Shown here one piece after another: positions 15,844-30,741 of a DNA stretch of 64,000 bases; within the stretch, counting starts at the first letter, position 1, and the number at the start of each line of letters is the position of its first letter. The notes below the pieces were generated by a model. The model was not told the origin of the DNA, did not search any database, and saw nothing but the letters and a program-made list of their open reading frames with translations. Position numbers and translations under genes: made by a program. This stretch comes from Octopus sinensis (lineage: Eukaryota): positions 129,580,001-129,644,000 of the forward strand of contig NC_042998.1 of the NCBI RefSeq assembly GCF_006345805.1. Reading direction: 5' to 3'.

Positions 15844-15948
<105 letters not shown>

Positions 15949-16230
15949 CTCTCTCTCTCTATATATATATGTATGTATATATATCTGTATAAGATATCGG
16001 CTATTGTATACATACATTTGTACACACACCACACACATAGACACACGTATATATATACTCACTGGAATATAATCTTATAACACTAAAGAACAGCCATATT
16101 GTATATTGTCAGGTATACACGAAACTCAAATAACATCTGTATTAGTTTAGTACTGTATAAAGATCTATGTATCCACTATATAACTATCTGTCTCTATATC
16201 TGACTCTCTCGCTCTCTGTGTGTATGTATG

Positions 16231-16269
<39 letters not shown>

Positions 16270-16324
16270 TATATATGCATGCACACACATGCACACGCGC
16301 ACAAGCACACACACATACACACTT

Positions 16325-16359
<35 letters not shown>

Positions 16360-16799
16360 CATACATACGTGTGTGTATGTAGGCATGTATGCACACACAT
16401 CGACTCACGCGCACACATACGTATATATATATTGCTAGTTACATTCATTCAAACATAAAACTACAACATTCTTCTATCTTCTATGCTTTCGTTGTTTCAT
16501 TTGTCTTTTAAGTAGCCATAAAACTCTATCCTCAATAAATCAACTCTTTACAACAATCTCAATTACGTTTGCGTGTGTTTGCAAAAAGATAATCTGTGAC
16601 TTATTTCAAATCATGATGTATAATTAGATAACAATTATTATATGAGGATATCATTATATGATATTATATGAGGACATCATTAAAATTCTTGCAGAAAAAA
16701 ATATAAGCTGACAAAAAATTACGGTCATAAACATACCAACAAATGCACTCACTCACACACACACATACACGTGTATATTTACATACATGTGTATATTCA

Positions 16800-16834
<35 letters not shown>

Positions 16835-16912
16835 CCTTTCCTGAGCGTCCAATAACACTATACTTGTTCCACGTCCTCGCGTTGTTTTCTCTCTGTTCAT
16901 GTTTGGATTGAC
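16835..16912 (+). mobile_element. Short pLTR-like fragment (post-ribozyme part of the 23.2/61.5 kb family), (TA)n on both sides
   Basis: 'ctttcctgagcgtccaataa.actata.ttgttccacgtcctcg' is shared with 23277-23355 and 61540-61615. Confidence 0.6.
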
Positions 16913-16950
16913 TATATATATTTGTATATATATATGTATATATATATATA

Positions 16951-17142
16951 GTTATCGCCATACTTATATGGCAGTCTTATAAATATAAGACTAAAGCTGT
17001 CGCTGATTAGCTCCAAGAGGCCACCGCCTCAAGCTAGCTATTTGACACACAACCTGCGTCCATTATAAACCTTCGAACAGGGGAGGTCAGCCGCTTCATC
17101 CTGCCAGTCAGACAGCTGCAGACATGTTTCAGGGTATTTTCC
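16951..17142 (-). mobile_element. Truncated copy of the 36-kb pLTR-like family, ending inside its hammerhead
   Basis: Colinear with 36121-36310 from 'gttatcgccatact' to 'cagacatgtttcagggtatt'. Confidence 0.65.
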
Positions 17143-17587
17143 ATATAAGTATGGCAAATATATATACACTCATTCTAAAATGTACGTGGTTTCTGCTTTG
17201 ATAAAATATGCCAGAGAGCGTAAAAGTGTAACTTCGTGTTACAGATTTCAAAAGATTCAAAGCAGCGAATAAGTAAATAAATATATAGATAAATCAATAA
17301 GTATATTATCTCAGAACTGTAATACCACAAACGAAAAGTAGTACATCACCATGACGTCACCTTAGTCATCACTATAATCCTTATCTTCATCCTTCTCTTC
17401 CTCCTCCTCCTCCTCCTCCTCCTCCCCTCCTTCTTCTTCTCCTCCTCCTCCTCCTCGACTTCTCCCGTACTCTCTTCCTCCTCTTCATCTTCATTAAACC
17501 CATTATCAAAAAACGGAACAACTGGAGCAACAGCAACCGTCGTAACAACAGCTGCCGTAACAACAACAAAAACAACAACAACAACAA

Positions 17588-17628
<41 letters not shown>

Positions 17629-18103
17629 GCAACAACGCAACTGAAAATAGAATTATCTCAATGCTGAAGAAAATTTATATCAAGCCGGAAATATATTTCC
17701 CTTAGACTTGAGGCACTGCTGAAACTTTCTTCTCTATATGTTAAATAGATTTGGCGCCAGTGTCAAGATATCAAATTTGAAATTGATAACATTTAGTCGT
17801 TAATTTTCCTAATTGTTTTCAAACAGGCTTTTAAATTGTTCTTATATTTATATATATATTTTACTTTAGAATGAACGTAAATACACGATATACCATAAAG
17901 TATACACTTATAGCATTGTACTATTTCTTTTTCTCCGGCTATAATTTCACTGTCTGCCACTGTCTTATGATATAAAATATATGTATTATAGATTCTAGAT
18001 TTTAGATTTCGTATTGCATTCCATGGCGTATTATGATTTAATCTCTGTATAATATACCTCTATATGATGTCTAACATCTATATATTATCTCTCTCTCTCT
18101 CAC

Positions 18104-18169
<66 letters not shown>

Positions 18170-18194
18170 CACACTCACCCACACACACACACAC

Positions 18195-18261
<67 letters not shown>

Positions 18262-18639
18262 TATATATAAACAAACACAGTGGGAGATAGAAAGAAGAGA
18301 ACTAGAGAGTTAGTTCGGAGATTAAATATTTTCCAAACCAACTATCGAGTTTTAATTTTTTTCTATATATATTGTGTGATCTTTGTCCCTATGGAGACCA
18401 GTAGAAGGAAAACTTAACCTTGTCTATAGTACACGTGCTCCCTGCATAACTTTCTATTTCGAGGTATACGCACGAACAAGGAGTTATAAATACTTGCTGA
18501 AGAGCAGTGTGACTTCAATTCTGGATTTATCCCAACACAACAGATTAGTAATTATTTCGAAAAATCCTATGAACATTGCCAAAAGTTGTAACTTGTTTTG
18601 TACGATCCGAAAAGGCATATGACTATCTACTACAAGACA

Positions 18640-19230
18640 TGCTGTGAGGGGTTTTTGCAGAAGTTTTGGTTAATGGGCAACTTTTGGTTCCTGTGAAGTC
18701 CCTGTACAAATACCCAGATACTTGTGTTCTGGCAGATGGTGTTAAGTTGAAACCTTTCTACTTGGACGTTGGAATTCGGCAGGGATACCAATCAGTGAGT
18801 GTACGATCGGTCGGCTGATATTTGCAGACGACATGGTACCACTTGGTTCATGATAAGATGATCTCCAGCATGCACTGAATGTGTCTGCTGCCCAGTACTG
18901 CAAGGCAGGGATGACAATTAGTGTTGCGAAGAGTGAAACATTGGCCGTCTCAAAAAGGTCTACTCGATGCACTCTGCATAAAAGTGGAACATCATTGAGA
19001 AAAGAGGAGTTAAAACTATCTCGGGGCCGAATTCGTGAGTGATGAAAATCAGGAAAAATGAATTGAATGTTAGAATCGAAGATGTTAGTACAGTGATGCG
19101 CCAACTCCAACGTTCGACAGTCAGAAGAGGAGAAATTATAGAAATTTCGAAACTTGATTTTTTGTGGTTATTCTCTATGGTCATGGATGTTGGGCAATGA
19201 CCAAAAGATTATGATCGCGAATGTGTCCGT
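18640..19230 (+). pseudogene. RTE-clade LINE reverse transcriptase fragment
   Basis: Translates to VKSLY...DVGIRQG...RLIFADDMV...GMTISVAKSETL with stops and frameshifts. Confidence 0.7.
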
Positions 19231-19441
19231 TCAAGTATAGTCTAAAATCTCTCAATTCTTTCATTTTTCTTCATATTCCATAACATAGCTAATCGCGAAA
19301 GAGATATTGATAACTGCAGTACCTAAGTATCAGAGTATTGTTCGCGTGGGAAATATTACCTCACTTGGTCCATAGTCGAATGACTGAAACATTTCAGAAA
19401 GCAAAAGAACACACACCAGACAGACAGCAGGCAACCAGCCA

Positions 19442-19478
<37 letters not shown>

Positions 19479-20619
19479 TTATGAAAATATTCATATATTT
19501 AATGTATACCTTTGTTACTAGGTTGTATGTAATAAGTTTACATCTATTTCATTTTAATCTATCATCATGTTGACAAACCAGCAAATTCTGTCATTTCATT
19601 AAAACTAAAATTTGCTGGTAATTTCCACTTAATTATTTTCACGTCGCCTTTATTTGATTTTACAGCAGCAAATACTATATTTCATTATGGGAAGAAGACA
19701 CTTTCCCCCTTTTCTTCTTTGTACAACTCCTAGCTATTAATTATATAACGAGAGCTAACAAAGGATGGCAGATTAACAAGGTGATTAATTAATTTCGGTT
19801 AACGCTTAGAGCATTGGATTGCTAGAGCACAATGACTGTCGTACAAGGTTAGTAAAAAGAGCTTATGAAGTGCACACCACTTTGTTTCTCATCTTGGATC
19901 GGTGAGATTAATACGGTTGATCACACTCTAACTGAATATACTCAGGTGTGAGTCTATCGAAAAAACATGGAAAAATTAAAACCGATTAAGACTCTCATCT
20001 GAATACTTGTAATAGACAACTCTCCAAAAAAGGCGGTGTTAAAGAAGTGATATATTAAGCCTAACGTCCAAACAGAATAAGACATTTAGTTTACACCCTT
20101 ACATTTCTTATCTTCTTTTCTGTTGCTGTAGTGTCCATAAAATGAGTTCAAGATTTAAACTAGTATTCATAAAGCATCTTACGCACTTGTTCGAAAATGA
20201 AAAGCCTTATCATTCGTGAAGAACACATCATTATTTTTTTATTTTCTAATTGTCATTTTGATAAACCTGAGATTGATTCTTCTGACCTAACGTCTACTTA
20301 AATTTTATCCTAAGTCAGGTATTCCACGGGTCCTATGCCTGAGATTTAATCTAGAAAAAGTGCTTTGGGCCGAAAAGCCAAATGAAGTATGGGTACAAGG
20401 AACATAATTCTCGAGGAATTGTGATATGTTAAATGACGATTCAGCTCGCTAACATATGAATTCCGGACGGAAGAAAGACGACGTGAGATCGAATACAGCA
20501 TGGGCTAGACCGAAAAGCGACTGGTTGAGTCTATGGCTGTAGTACACGACTACAATATGTGGCGAGGAGTAACATATATATCTCTGAGGATCCTGGCCGT
20601 CAGTTATAGAGATAAACAT

Positions 20620-20785
20620 ATTCATTCATTCGAAACCAGTGCTCAACTGGTACCATTTTATCGACTCAGACCCAATGAAGGCCAAGATGACCTACATGGG
20701 ATTTGAAATGAGAACACAAAAACCAGCAGTGTTGCTAAATATTTTATCTGACACGGTAATGACTCTGCCAGCTCTACTACTACTA

Positions 20786-20852
<67 letters not shown>

Positions 20853-21079
20853 GATAACAATGATAGTTTCAAAAATTAGCAGATGACTAGAAATTTCGAG
20901 GGAGTGTGCAAGTCATTGAGATCAACCCAAGTCTTTAACTGGTACTTATTTTATCCATTCTGAAAGGGTGAAAGGCAATGTTGACATCCGTGGAATTTAA
21001 ACTCTGAAATTAAAGATGGACGAAATGCTGTTAAATATTTAGTCCTGGACAGTATCAAGTCTGTTAGGCTGCCCTAGTG

Positions 21080-21156
<77 letters not shown>

Positions 21157-21350
21157 CAAAGGTCATGATGATGTTGATGACGGGAATGATTATTATGATC
21201 CTGCTGCTAATGATGCTGATAATTATTTTGATTACGGGGTGTTGTTGATTTAATCGCTACTCGATATTTAGCTGATATTTATTCTATTGACCCCGTAGGG
21301 ATTAAATGCGAAATCCTCACTCGTAGGATTTGAGCTAAATACGCCATGGC
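20620..21350 (-). mobile_element. Three decayed SINE family A pieces separated by (TAC)n/(TAA)n tails
   Basis: Reverse-complement similarity to family A ('gaaaggg.gaaaggcaa.gttgac...ggaattt.aactc'). Confidence 0.5.
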
Positions 21351-22179
21351 AATTATAATTATAATCCTTATAATCCCAAACGTTTTAACGAAATTGTTTG
21401 ATGTTCACCAATGAAAGGCATATATCAAGTGACGATCAGGTCTTTTTATTGAAGAGAAGTGAAATCTAGATATCCCACGTTCTGACTTTATCAAAGACAT
21501 TAAGTATCTTAGGGAATAAATAGACAACTGTAAATTAAAATCGTAGAGCTGATTCAGATCTTCAGAGATGCTTCTCTTACTCTAATATTTTCAGAAATCG
21601 AATGTCGAATGAAATTTAAATTCAGAATAATCTACCTAATTTGTAGAAGCATTAAATGTCACGATGACGTCACCGTTGACATTTTTTCCCCTTTTGGATG
21701 AAATATGTTTATAATTATATAATATCAATTTGTATCAGTTTCTTATTCCTCATTTCTTCCTACCACTGTGCTAAAATGTATGCAATAATTTTCACGTATT
21801 TCGCTTTCTACTTCATATTAAGAATTATATTATTTAGCTTAGATATTAACAACAAAAAATGTTATGCGTGTTAAGAAGAAATTGATTTTCTTAAGCACGC
21901 TAGTTATGTATGTCACGCTTCTTTATGTTGGAAGTATTATCGAGAAGCATAGAAACGCAGACAATACGACTGAGAATTGAGAAAAACAATATTTGACGAT
22001 TGTACATATATTTCCTCTTATGTTTATGCAACATAGAAAGTTATGTTTTGATGGTCATCGCTTTTGCTTTAAAATGATTATGGGTGTGTACATACATACA
22101 TACATACATACATACATACATACATACATACATACATGCATACAAATACACACACGAATACCCCCCATATATATATCCA

Positions 22180-22410
22180 AATTAAGACGGCGAGCTGGCA
22201 GAAACATTAGCACGCCGGGCGAAATGCTTAGCGGTGTTTTGTCTGTCATTACGTTCTGAGTTCAAATTCCGCCGAGGTCGACTTTTCGGGACCGATAAAT
22301 TAAATACCAGTTACGTACTGGGGTCGGTATAATCGACTTAATCCGTTTGTCTGTCATTGTTTGTCCTTTCTATGATTAATCCCTTGTAGGCAATAAAGAA
22401 ATAACATATA
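22180..22410 (+). mobile_element. SINE family A
   Basis: 'agcacgccgggcgaaatgcttagcgg...ttacgttctgagttcaaattccgccgaggtcgac'. Confidence 0.7.
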
Positions 22411-22959
22411 TATCCAAATTCAGGAAGTGGAACAGGTAAAATTCAGGCTACCTGTTCCACTCCCTCAACTTAGATTTTTATTCGCATTCATTCAGAGGAA
22501 CTCTAGTTACTAGCTGTGAGCTATACATACATTTTTTTTCAGCTTGTCGAACTTCGATACAGGAAAAGTCCACAACCTTCGATATCAATAAATTATTATT
22601 GTTCTTGGACGTTGTTTCTACACCTACCACGAACTGTTCAAATCTTACAAACCTATATTTAGCTCATCAGACGTTACCTCGCCTCCCCCATACCCTAATA
22701 CCACCACACCTCACTACACACCACCACACCACACTGCACACCACCACACCACACACCACCATAACACACCACACCACACCACATACACTAGCACTGACCA
22801 CTTCCCAGTACTCACACCAGCGCACACACTAACACTGACCACTTCCCAGCACGCACACCATCTTCCACATACCTACACATGCACACGCCAAGGTCACCAG
22901 CCCCCTTCAACACGCACATCCACGCACTCACATACACACGCACGCGCACCTTCATTTTA

Positions 22960-23463
<504 letters not shown>

Positions 23464-23539
23464 ATATAGCTAGCTAAATAGATAGATAGACAGGCATATA
23501 TATATACATGCATACACATATATATGTATATGCATGTAT

Positions 23540-23561
23540 ATATCTATCCGTCTGTCTGTCA

Positions 23562-23621
<60 letters not shown>

Positions 23622-23626
23622 CTCTA

Positions 23627-23719
<93 letters not shown>

Positions 23720-23735
23720 ATTTATCTATCTATTT
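23540..23735. repeat. (TATC)n microsatellite
   Basis: Directly visible. Confidence 0.95.
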
Positions 23736-24019
23736 ATAGGAGAACAAAACGGGCTGAGATTCGTTACAACTGTTTCAGACGCGTTTTTTATGGGTGAACT
23801 AATCAATTCAATCACAAAAAATAACTGTTTTCATCAGGTGAATTAAAATTTAAATCAAACATTTAAGATTTGGTTCATAAAGAATATATAGTCTCAGTGA
23901 CGCTCAAGACCCTATATACGTCAATATATGCATTAGTGTTCATATATAGTGTTAATTCACGGATGTGTTGTTCTCGAACCTAACTCGGTCTCCATATTAA
24001 AATAGCCTGATTTAATAAT

Positions 24020-24049
24020 AAATATAAATAATAATAATAATAATGATAC

Positions 24050-24103
<54 letters not shown>

Positions 24104-24138
24104 TAACAATAATAATAATAATAATAAAAATAATAATG

Positions 24139-24191
<53 letters not shown>

Positions 24192-24232
24192 TATAATAAT
24201 AATATAATAATAATAATAATAATAATATAATA

Positions 24233-24297
<65 letters not shown>
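24020..24297. repeat. Imperfect (TAA)n tract flanking a Dong/R4-like LINE
   Basis: Directly visible. Confidence 0.95.
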
Positions 24298-24301
<4 letters not shown>

Positions 24302-25308
24302 AGATTGCTACAATTGACCTAGACACCTACCTGAAAAACTCTGAGGACTGGATGTTAAAACTTGTCTCAAAACATGAAAACAAGAAAGCATCACACTCAG
24401 TAACAAAACAGACAAAGGAATATCTAAATGAATTCCGAATACAGCAAATTTCGGAATTAGACATACAAGAAACAAGCACAGAAAACGCTAAGCGCATGAA
24501 AACCCGTGCCAAAACTGCTGCCTTAGATATTCGGAATGATAAATGGCAAGAAAAACCTCTCTATGGCAAATATCCAAACAGAGCGAATAATGTAGATGTT
24601 GACAAAGCCCTGACACATCAATGGCTATTGGCCTCTGGCTTAAAATCTGAAACAGAAGGGTTTATCATAGCAGCTCAAGATCAATGCCTACCAACAAGGA
24701 ACTACGAGACCAACATATTAAAGAACGGCAGTAGTCCAACAAGTTGTGTAAATCAACAACCAAGTGAAACCATTGATCATGTTGTCTCCAAGTGCAGTCT
24801 TCTAGCGCCTACAGAATATCTCAACAGGCATGATAGAGCTGCCCAATATATTCACTGGGTGATTTGCAAAAACCTGGATTTGCCCCATGAAAAAAACTGG
24901 TGGGAACACAAACCACCTCCAGTGCTTGAAAATGACCACATCTCACTCCTCTGGAACTTCACCATTCAAACTGACAGAAAGATAGATGCAAATAGGCCAG
25001 ACATCATATTGAAAGACTTCAGACAAAGAACATGCCTCCTCATTGATATGACTGTCCCAATCGATATAAACGTATCTGTCAAGACATACCAAAAACTGAG
25101 CAAATATAAATATCTTCAAATAGAAATCATCAAAATGTGGAACCTGAAGACTAAAACAATACCTGTTGTCATAGGTGCCCTGGGAAGGTTAGCAAAAGGG
25201 GCTGATTGCTACCTAACTCAGATACCAGAAAACCCCAAAATGGCAGAAATTCAAAAGATAGTGCACATGGGAACTGCAGATATCCTACGCAAAATACTTT
25301 CTATGTAA
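24298..25308 (+). CDS. C-terminal ORF fragment with zinc-knuckle-like motif and restriction-like (PD-D/ExK) endonuclease
   Basis: Open 336 aa: FIIAAQDQ, ETIDHVVSKC, RHDRAA-like HDRAA, NRPDIIL, LLIDMTVP, KLSKY, PVVIGALG. The ATG arises at the truncation junction. Confidence 0.8.
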
Positions 25309-25501
25309 TCTCAAGTTTTAAAACAAACATAATTTTGGTTTTTTTTTTTTTAGAAATTCACTAGTACAACACTAAATGCAAAACCAAATATATGGCACAC
25401 TAGGCATAACAACAACATGAACCTCCAACCTGTTGTCTCTTGAGGTCTCTGGGTGAGACTTGGAGCCAACTTGTACAAATATAAAGCAAAAGTCAAACAT
25501 A

Positions 25502-25503
<2 letters not shown>
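24298..25503 (+). mobile_element. 5'-truncated R4/Dong-like non-LTR retrotransposon in (TAA)n
   Basis: C-terminal ORF plus ~195-bp 3' UTR ending 'caaagtcaaacatag' then (AAT)n. Confidence 0.85.
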
Positions 25504-25549
<46 letters not shown>

Positions 25550-25551
<2 letters not shown>

Positions 25552-25754
25552 CTTTCTTTGTTATCTCAAGTTTTAACACAAACCAAGTTTTCGTATGGTT
25601 TTTTAGGCATTCACTAGTAAAACACTAAGTACAAAACCAAATATATGGCACCCTAGGCATAACACCAACATGAACTTCCAACTTGTTGTCCCTTGAGGTC
25701 TCTGGGTGAGACTTGGAGCCAGCTTGTGCAAATGTAAAGCAAAAGTCAAACATA

Positions 25755-25755
<1 letters not shown>
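25550..25755 (+). mobile_element. Second, 3'-UTR-only copy of the same R4/Dong-like family
   Basis: Highly similar to 25295-25503, with the same terminus followed by (AAT)n. Confidence 0.8.
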
Positions 25756-25810
<55 letters not shown>

Positions 25811-25811
25811 T

Positions 25812-25971
25812 AACATACAGAAAATTGCACTACTAGGCACTGCACACATCCTACGCAGAACACTTTCCATACAATAACCATCAGAGCATCACAACAAATC
25901 ACAGCACATACCCAAGGCACACAGAGCTGCGCTCGGTAGTGAAGTGAAAGCACGCTATAAAAATAAAACTA

Positions 25972-25975
<4 letters not shown>
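25812..25975 (+). mobile_element. 3' end of a different R4/Dong-like family
   Basis: NIQKIALLGTAHILRRTLSIQ* then UTR ending 'aaactactg' plus (AAT)n. The same end occurs at 44375 on the minus strand. Confidence 0.75.
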
Positions 25976-26039
<64 letters not shown>

Positions 26040-26040
<1 letters not shown>

Positions 26041-26255
26041 CCTTTCTACTGAAGACACAAGTCCTGATATTTTGGGGGGTTGGGACTATGCGATTATATC
26101 GACCCCGGTGTTTCACTGTTACTTAATTATCGACCCCGAAAGGATGAAAGGCAAAGTCGATCTTGGCGGAAGTTGAACTCAGAATGGTAGTAACGGGCGA
26201 AATATCGCTAAGCAATTCCTACAGCGTGCTAGCTTTCTGCCAGCTCGCCGTCTTA
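26040..26255 (-). mobile_element. SINE family A
   Basis: 'cgaccccgaaaggatgaaaggcaaagtcga.c.tggcgga..ttgaactcagaa' is the reverse complement of family A. Confidence 0.7.
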
Positions 26256-26335
26256 ATAATAATAATATAATAATAATAATAATAATATAATAATAATAAT
26301 ATATAATAATAATAATAGTAATAGTAATAATAATA

Positions 26336-26391
<56 letters not shown>

Positions 26392-26579
26392 TATAATATG
26401 TAATATAAAATGGGAAAAGAACGCAAAACATCCGGACAGCTATGTGATAGAAAAAGAGACAATAAAACATCCAGATAGACGATACAAAAAAAGAAGGACG
26501 AGTTATTCGAAGCCTTTTATCCTCAGTCAAGAACCAGATCATCCTCGCAATTTCGTCTGATTAATTTACAATTTCTCCT

Positions 26580-26628
<49 letters not shown>

Positions 26629-27313
26629 GAAGGGAGAAAAACAAAGGGAGAAAGAAAGATATGTGGTATTGGGAGTAGGGAGAAAAGAAGGATATCCAGA
26701 TACCAGAAAGCTTATATATATTTGGTCGCTGCTTGTAATTACTCATTGTGTTTATGGTGTGGATGGTTCTTCTTGACTCTCAGAAATGTCTAGAGAGGAC
26801 TTTCCTTTGCATACAGTTCGCAATGTTTGTGAATGATGCGTGTAATCATCTTTGAAGATTCCACTACTGACGCCAACGTAGTTTCTTGCTATTTCTGCTG
26901 CTAGTGAAACGGCTGCCTTTTAATTTTAGGACTGGAATTATCAAGTTTAAACTTTTCACATGATCGCAGTAGCGTCAAATATTAATTGCGACGTAAAGTC
27001 TAAATTCAGTTTCAATAAAAAATCTATCCTCTACAACAAGCAGCCAGGGATCCTCAGTCATTTTCCCTACACTCACATACACATGTATATACATATATAT
27101 ATATAAAATTTAGTTTGTGTATGTATGAAAAAAAAATATTTGTATGTATATATATATTTAGCCTGATATATATATATATATACATTTATATGTGTATGTA
27201 TGTATATGTATATATAAACATGTATACATATACATATGTATATATATATGTATATGTATACGTACACGTACAAATGTATATATATCTTGGCATATATATA
27301 TATATACATATGT

Positions 27314-27363
<50 letters not shown>

Positions 27364-27787
27364 GTATACGCACCCCAAAACAACAATTCTCACAATTTAG
27401 TGAGAAAAAACTACTCACTTAAAGTGAACAACTTTTTGGAAGCGATTAAGTGAGAAAATTTATTCACTCAACTGTAGGCAGATCAGAGTCCAGAATCCGG
27501 TGAGGACTTCTTCTTTGTTACAAATAATTACAGCAAACAACAAACCCTCACTGGACCCAAAAACAAAAGTCTTACAATACAGTTGAGCTTGTTTTTAATC
27601 ACTATTTCACCATCTTCAAACTAGCGTGGTGACTTCTGTTCAGTGGTACGAACAATACTAACATGCGCAGTGGGAAGCAAGCTTCTTATCACACAGCCAC
27701 TTCTGCGCCTATCTATATATATATATACACACACGTGTATATACATATGTATGTGTGTGTGTTTGTGTGTGTGTGTGATTATGTGTC

Positions 27788-27826
<39 letters not shown>

Positions 27827-28004
27827 CATATCATAGGTCCAGGTAGTGAATAAAAGCAGGATATTTACAGAGAACCACTGAATCCGAGGTCTAGCCTATC
27901 AACACTCTTCAAATTCTAGACTAATACCGAAATTCTTCAATCGTAGAAAATCGCCTGCTCTGTGACGTTCAGATTTTCTTCAACAGCCAGTGTCATGTAA
28001 AGAG

Positions 28005-28230
28005 TTTTTCCTGGCAGAAACGTTAGCACGCCGGGCGAAATGCGTAGCCGTATTTTGTCTGCCGTTACGTTCTGAGTTCAAATTCCGCCGAGGTCGATTT
28101 TACCTTTCATCCTTTCGGAGTCGATTAAATAAGTACCAGTTACGCACTGGAGTCGATATAATCAACTTAATCCGTTTGTCTGTCCTTGTTTGTCCTCTCT
28201 GTGTTTAGCCCCTTGTGGGTAGTAAAGAAA
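28005..28230 (+). mobile_element. SINE family A
   Basis: Close match to the 22180-22410 copy. Confidence 0.7.
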
Positions 28231-28612
28231 TAGATATACCGCAGCAAATTTTGCTTTTCACAAAACACTTACCCTATGTACGTGCGTGGTTACACACACA
28301 CTCGCACACACACATACACACACACACACACACACGTGCGTGCATACACACACATACACACATATGTTTACTCTTTCCTGTTTTAATAGAATATTTTCAC
28401 ATGAGAAGAAATCTTATTGTAACTTGTATACAGAAGCCTTATTGCAGCGAATACACAAGCAAACATACTGAAGGAATATAGACATACACATACACAGAGA
28501 ATGTACTGTTCACTTATGCATACATACAAATATATGCGTAGAAGTACATGCATATATATATATATACATATAGAAAATAGATATATCCATATCTATCTAT
28601 CTATTTATTTAT

Positions 28613-28666
<54 letters not shown>

Positions 28667-28710
28667 CTATCTATCTTTCCATAGCACCAGTAACAGTTAA
28701 GCTCGTGCAA

Positions 28711-28810
28711 NNNNNNNNNNNNNNNNNNNNNNNNNNNNNNNNNNNNNNNNNNNNNNNNNNNNNNNNNNNNNNNNNNNNNNNNNNNNNNNNNNNNNNNNNN
28801 NNNNNNNNNN
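28711..28810. other. Assembly gap (100 N)
   Basis: Run of N. Confidence 1.
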
Positions 28811-28874
28811 TGATGTGAGTGTGCGAGAGAGAGAGAGAAAGGGACACGCACACACACACGCACACACGCGCACA

Positions 28875-28964
<90 letters not shown>

Positions 28965-29249
28965 GTGACATTAGACAATGTCTAATGCCACTTTCAGTTT
29001 TCCGAGCGCTACGGGACACAACTGAAGATATTTTTCGGTATTTTTCTCGCATCCTCCGTGACATTGTGATGAACGAATCAGTCAATAAATACAAAAATGC
29101 TTACCATTGATATTATACAAATCAAACACACCAGTTGCATTAAAAAATAGTTGCGGATGCTTTACATAGAACGAAAAAATAAATAGGCAGTAAGCAAAAT
29201 AAAATGAAGCAATATTAGCGAGGAACTATTATCATTTAAAGTTTTAAAA

Positions 29250-29590
29250 CAGTGATTCTCAACCATTTGTTTTCTCTATGAACGTCTTTGGTTACAATAT
29301 TCTTCTGGTGGACCCCTGCTATCAGGCATTTGATGTTTAAAAACTAGTCTTATACTTCTTTCAAAATTCCTATTTTGTTCGTCACATATTCACTTGTGTA
29401 GATTGTACAATGAAAAACGTTTGAGGAAGAAACCTAGCTTTATCTTTCTATAAATATATATCCAAAGCAAATTTTGTTTCATGCACTCTTGAAATAATAT
29501 TGTGGACTCAAAATACTATTTTGCTTATATGGACCCCACCAAAATTTTATACGGATCCCCAGAGGTCATACGGACCCTGGTTGAGAGGTG
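29250..29590. mobile_element. Possible hAT-type MITE
   Basis: Left end 'cagtgattctcaacc' and partial right inverse 'ggttgaga' at 29579. No TSD was confirmed. Confidence 0.4.
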
Positions 29591-30605
29591 TAAAGGTTCC
29601 TGCAAGAAAGGGATAGCACTGTACAACGTATAGCACAAGCATTTTAATCCGACGCTCAAGTACCTCTGCCGTAGAACGAGATTTGATCTCAAGGCAAGTC
29701 GAGGTGGCGTCGTCGCTTTGGTTTGGCTTTTCATGCACGTTGTATTCAATAAAAGCGCTCCTATATTTGGGGAAATAAAACCCATTTTATCTTTAAATAT
29801 ATAATATTTGTGTCGAAGAGACCAAGTGATGACATCTATGGAAACATCTCACCGACGTAATTCGAATCCAGGCTGAAAAAAAATCACTTCTATTACCAAC
29901 TTGTGCCATTTTGAAAGATACCACTCTTCTTCCATATTCTCATTCATATATGCTTGGTTTCCATTTTGCTTTTGACTAGACGAAAAAAATAAAGTAACCT
30001 TCAGATACATATTTTGCTTAACACATAATATCGAACGGAAACTAAAGCACTTTGTGGTATTAGGGTGAGTGATAAATACTGTAGAACGACAAAGAGAATG
30101 CAGATATTATAACTAAGATTATAAATTGTGCGAGAACACTATAATGCCAGACATTTCCTGATGGAATAGATCAAACCACTCTCACTACTAAACTATATAT
30201 GTGTTGTTCCTATTTTATGAACATGGATTTATTGTTCAGTTCCGCTACTAGTTAGTGATATTGAAAGAGGTGTTCATTTTATAACACGGTGATAATATTT
30301 AGTGAGCTTTGATTAGAGATTTACGAATTCTTTATATTTTTTGCTAAATTTATGTAGGACGTAGTTTTTGGTTAATGTCACTATATGAGAGGTGTCATTT
30401 TTCTTTTCATCTCACGCTGTTAACATTTCATCAAACTCCTTATTACTTAAATCACTACAATCCTCTGTGCTTGTATCTAAAATATTCGTACATTGATGGA
30501 AAAGAAGACTCGAAAATAAACTCATAAATCTCCCTTACACTTATATGTATACATATGCACACACTCATATACATACATACACACACTTATATATACATAT
30601 ATATG

Positions 30606-30675
<70 letters not shown>

Positions 30676-30676
30676 G

Positions 30677-30741
<65 letters not shown>

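Noticed and set aside
26495-26530. Minus-strand CTGAGGA...CGAATAACTCGTC hammerhead-like string
   Set aside because: The GAAA motif is broken and stems I and II do not form.
26755-26900. Minus-strand RNYVGVSSGIFKDDYTHH as a GIY-YIG remnant or exon
   Set aside because: The resemblance is too short, and it lacks an upstream GIY motif or clear splice sites.
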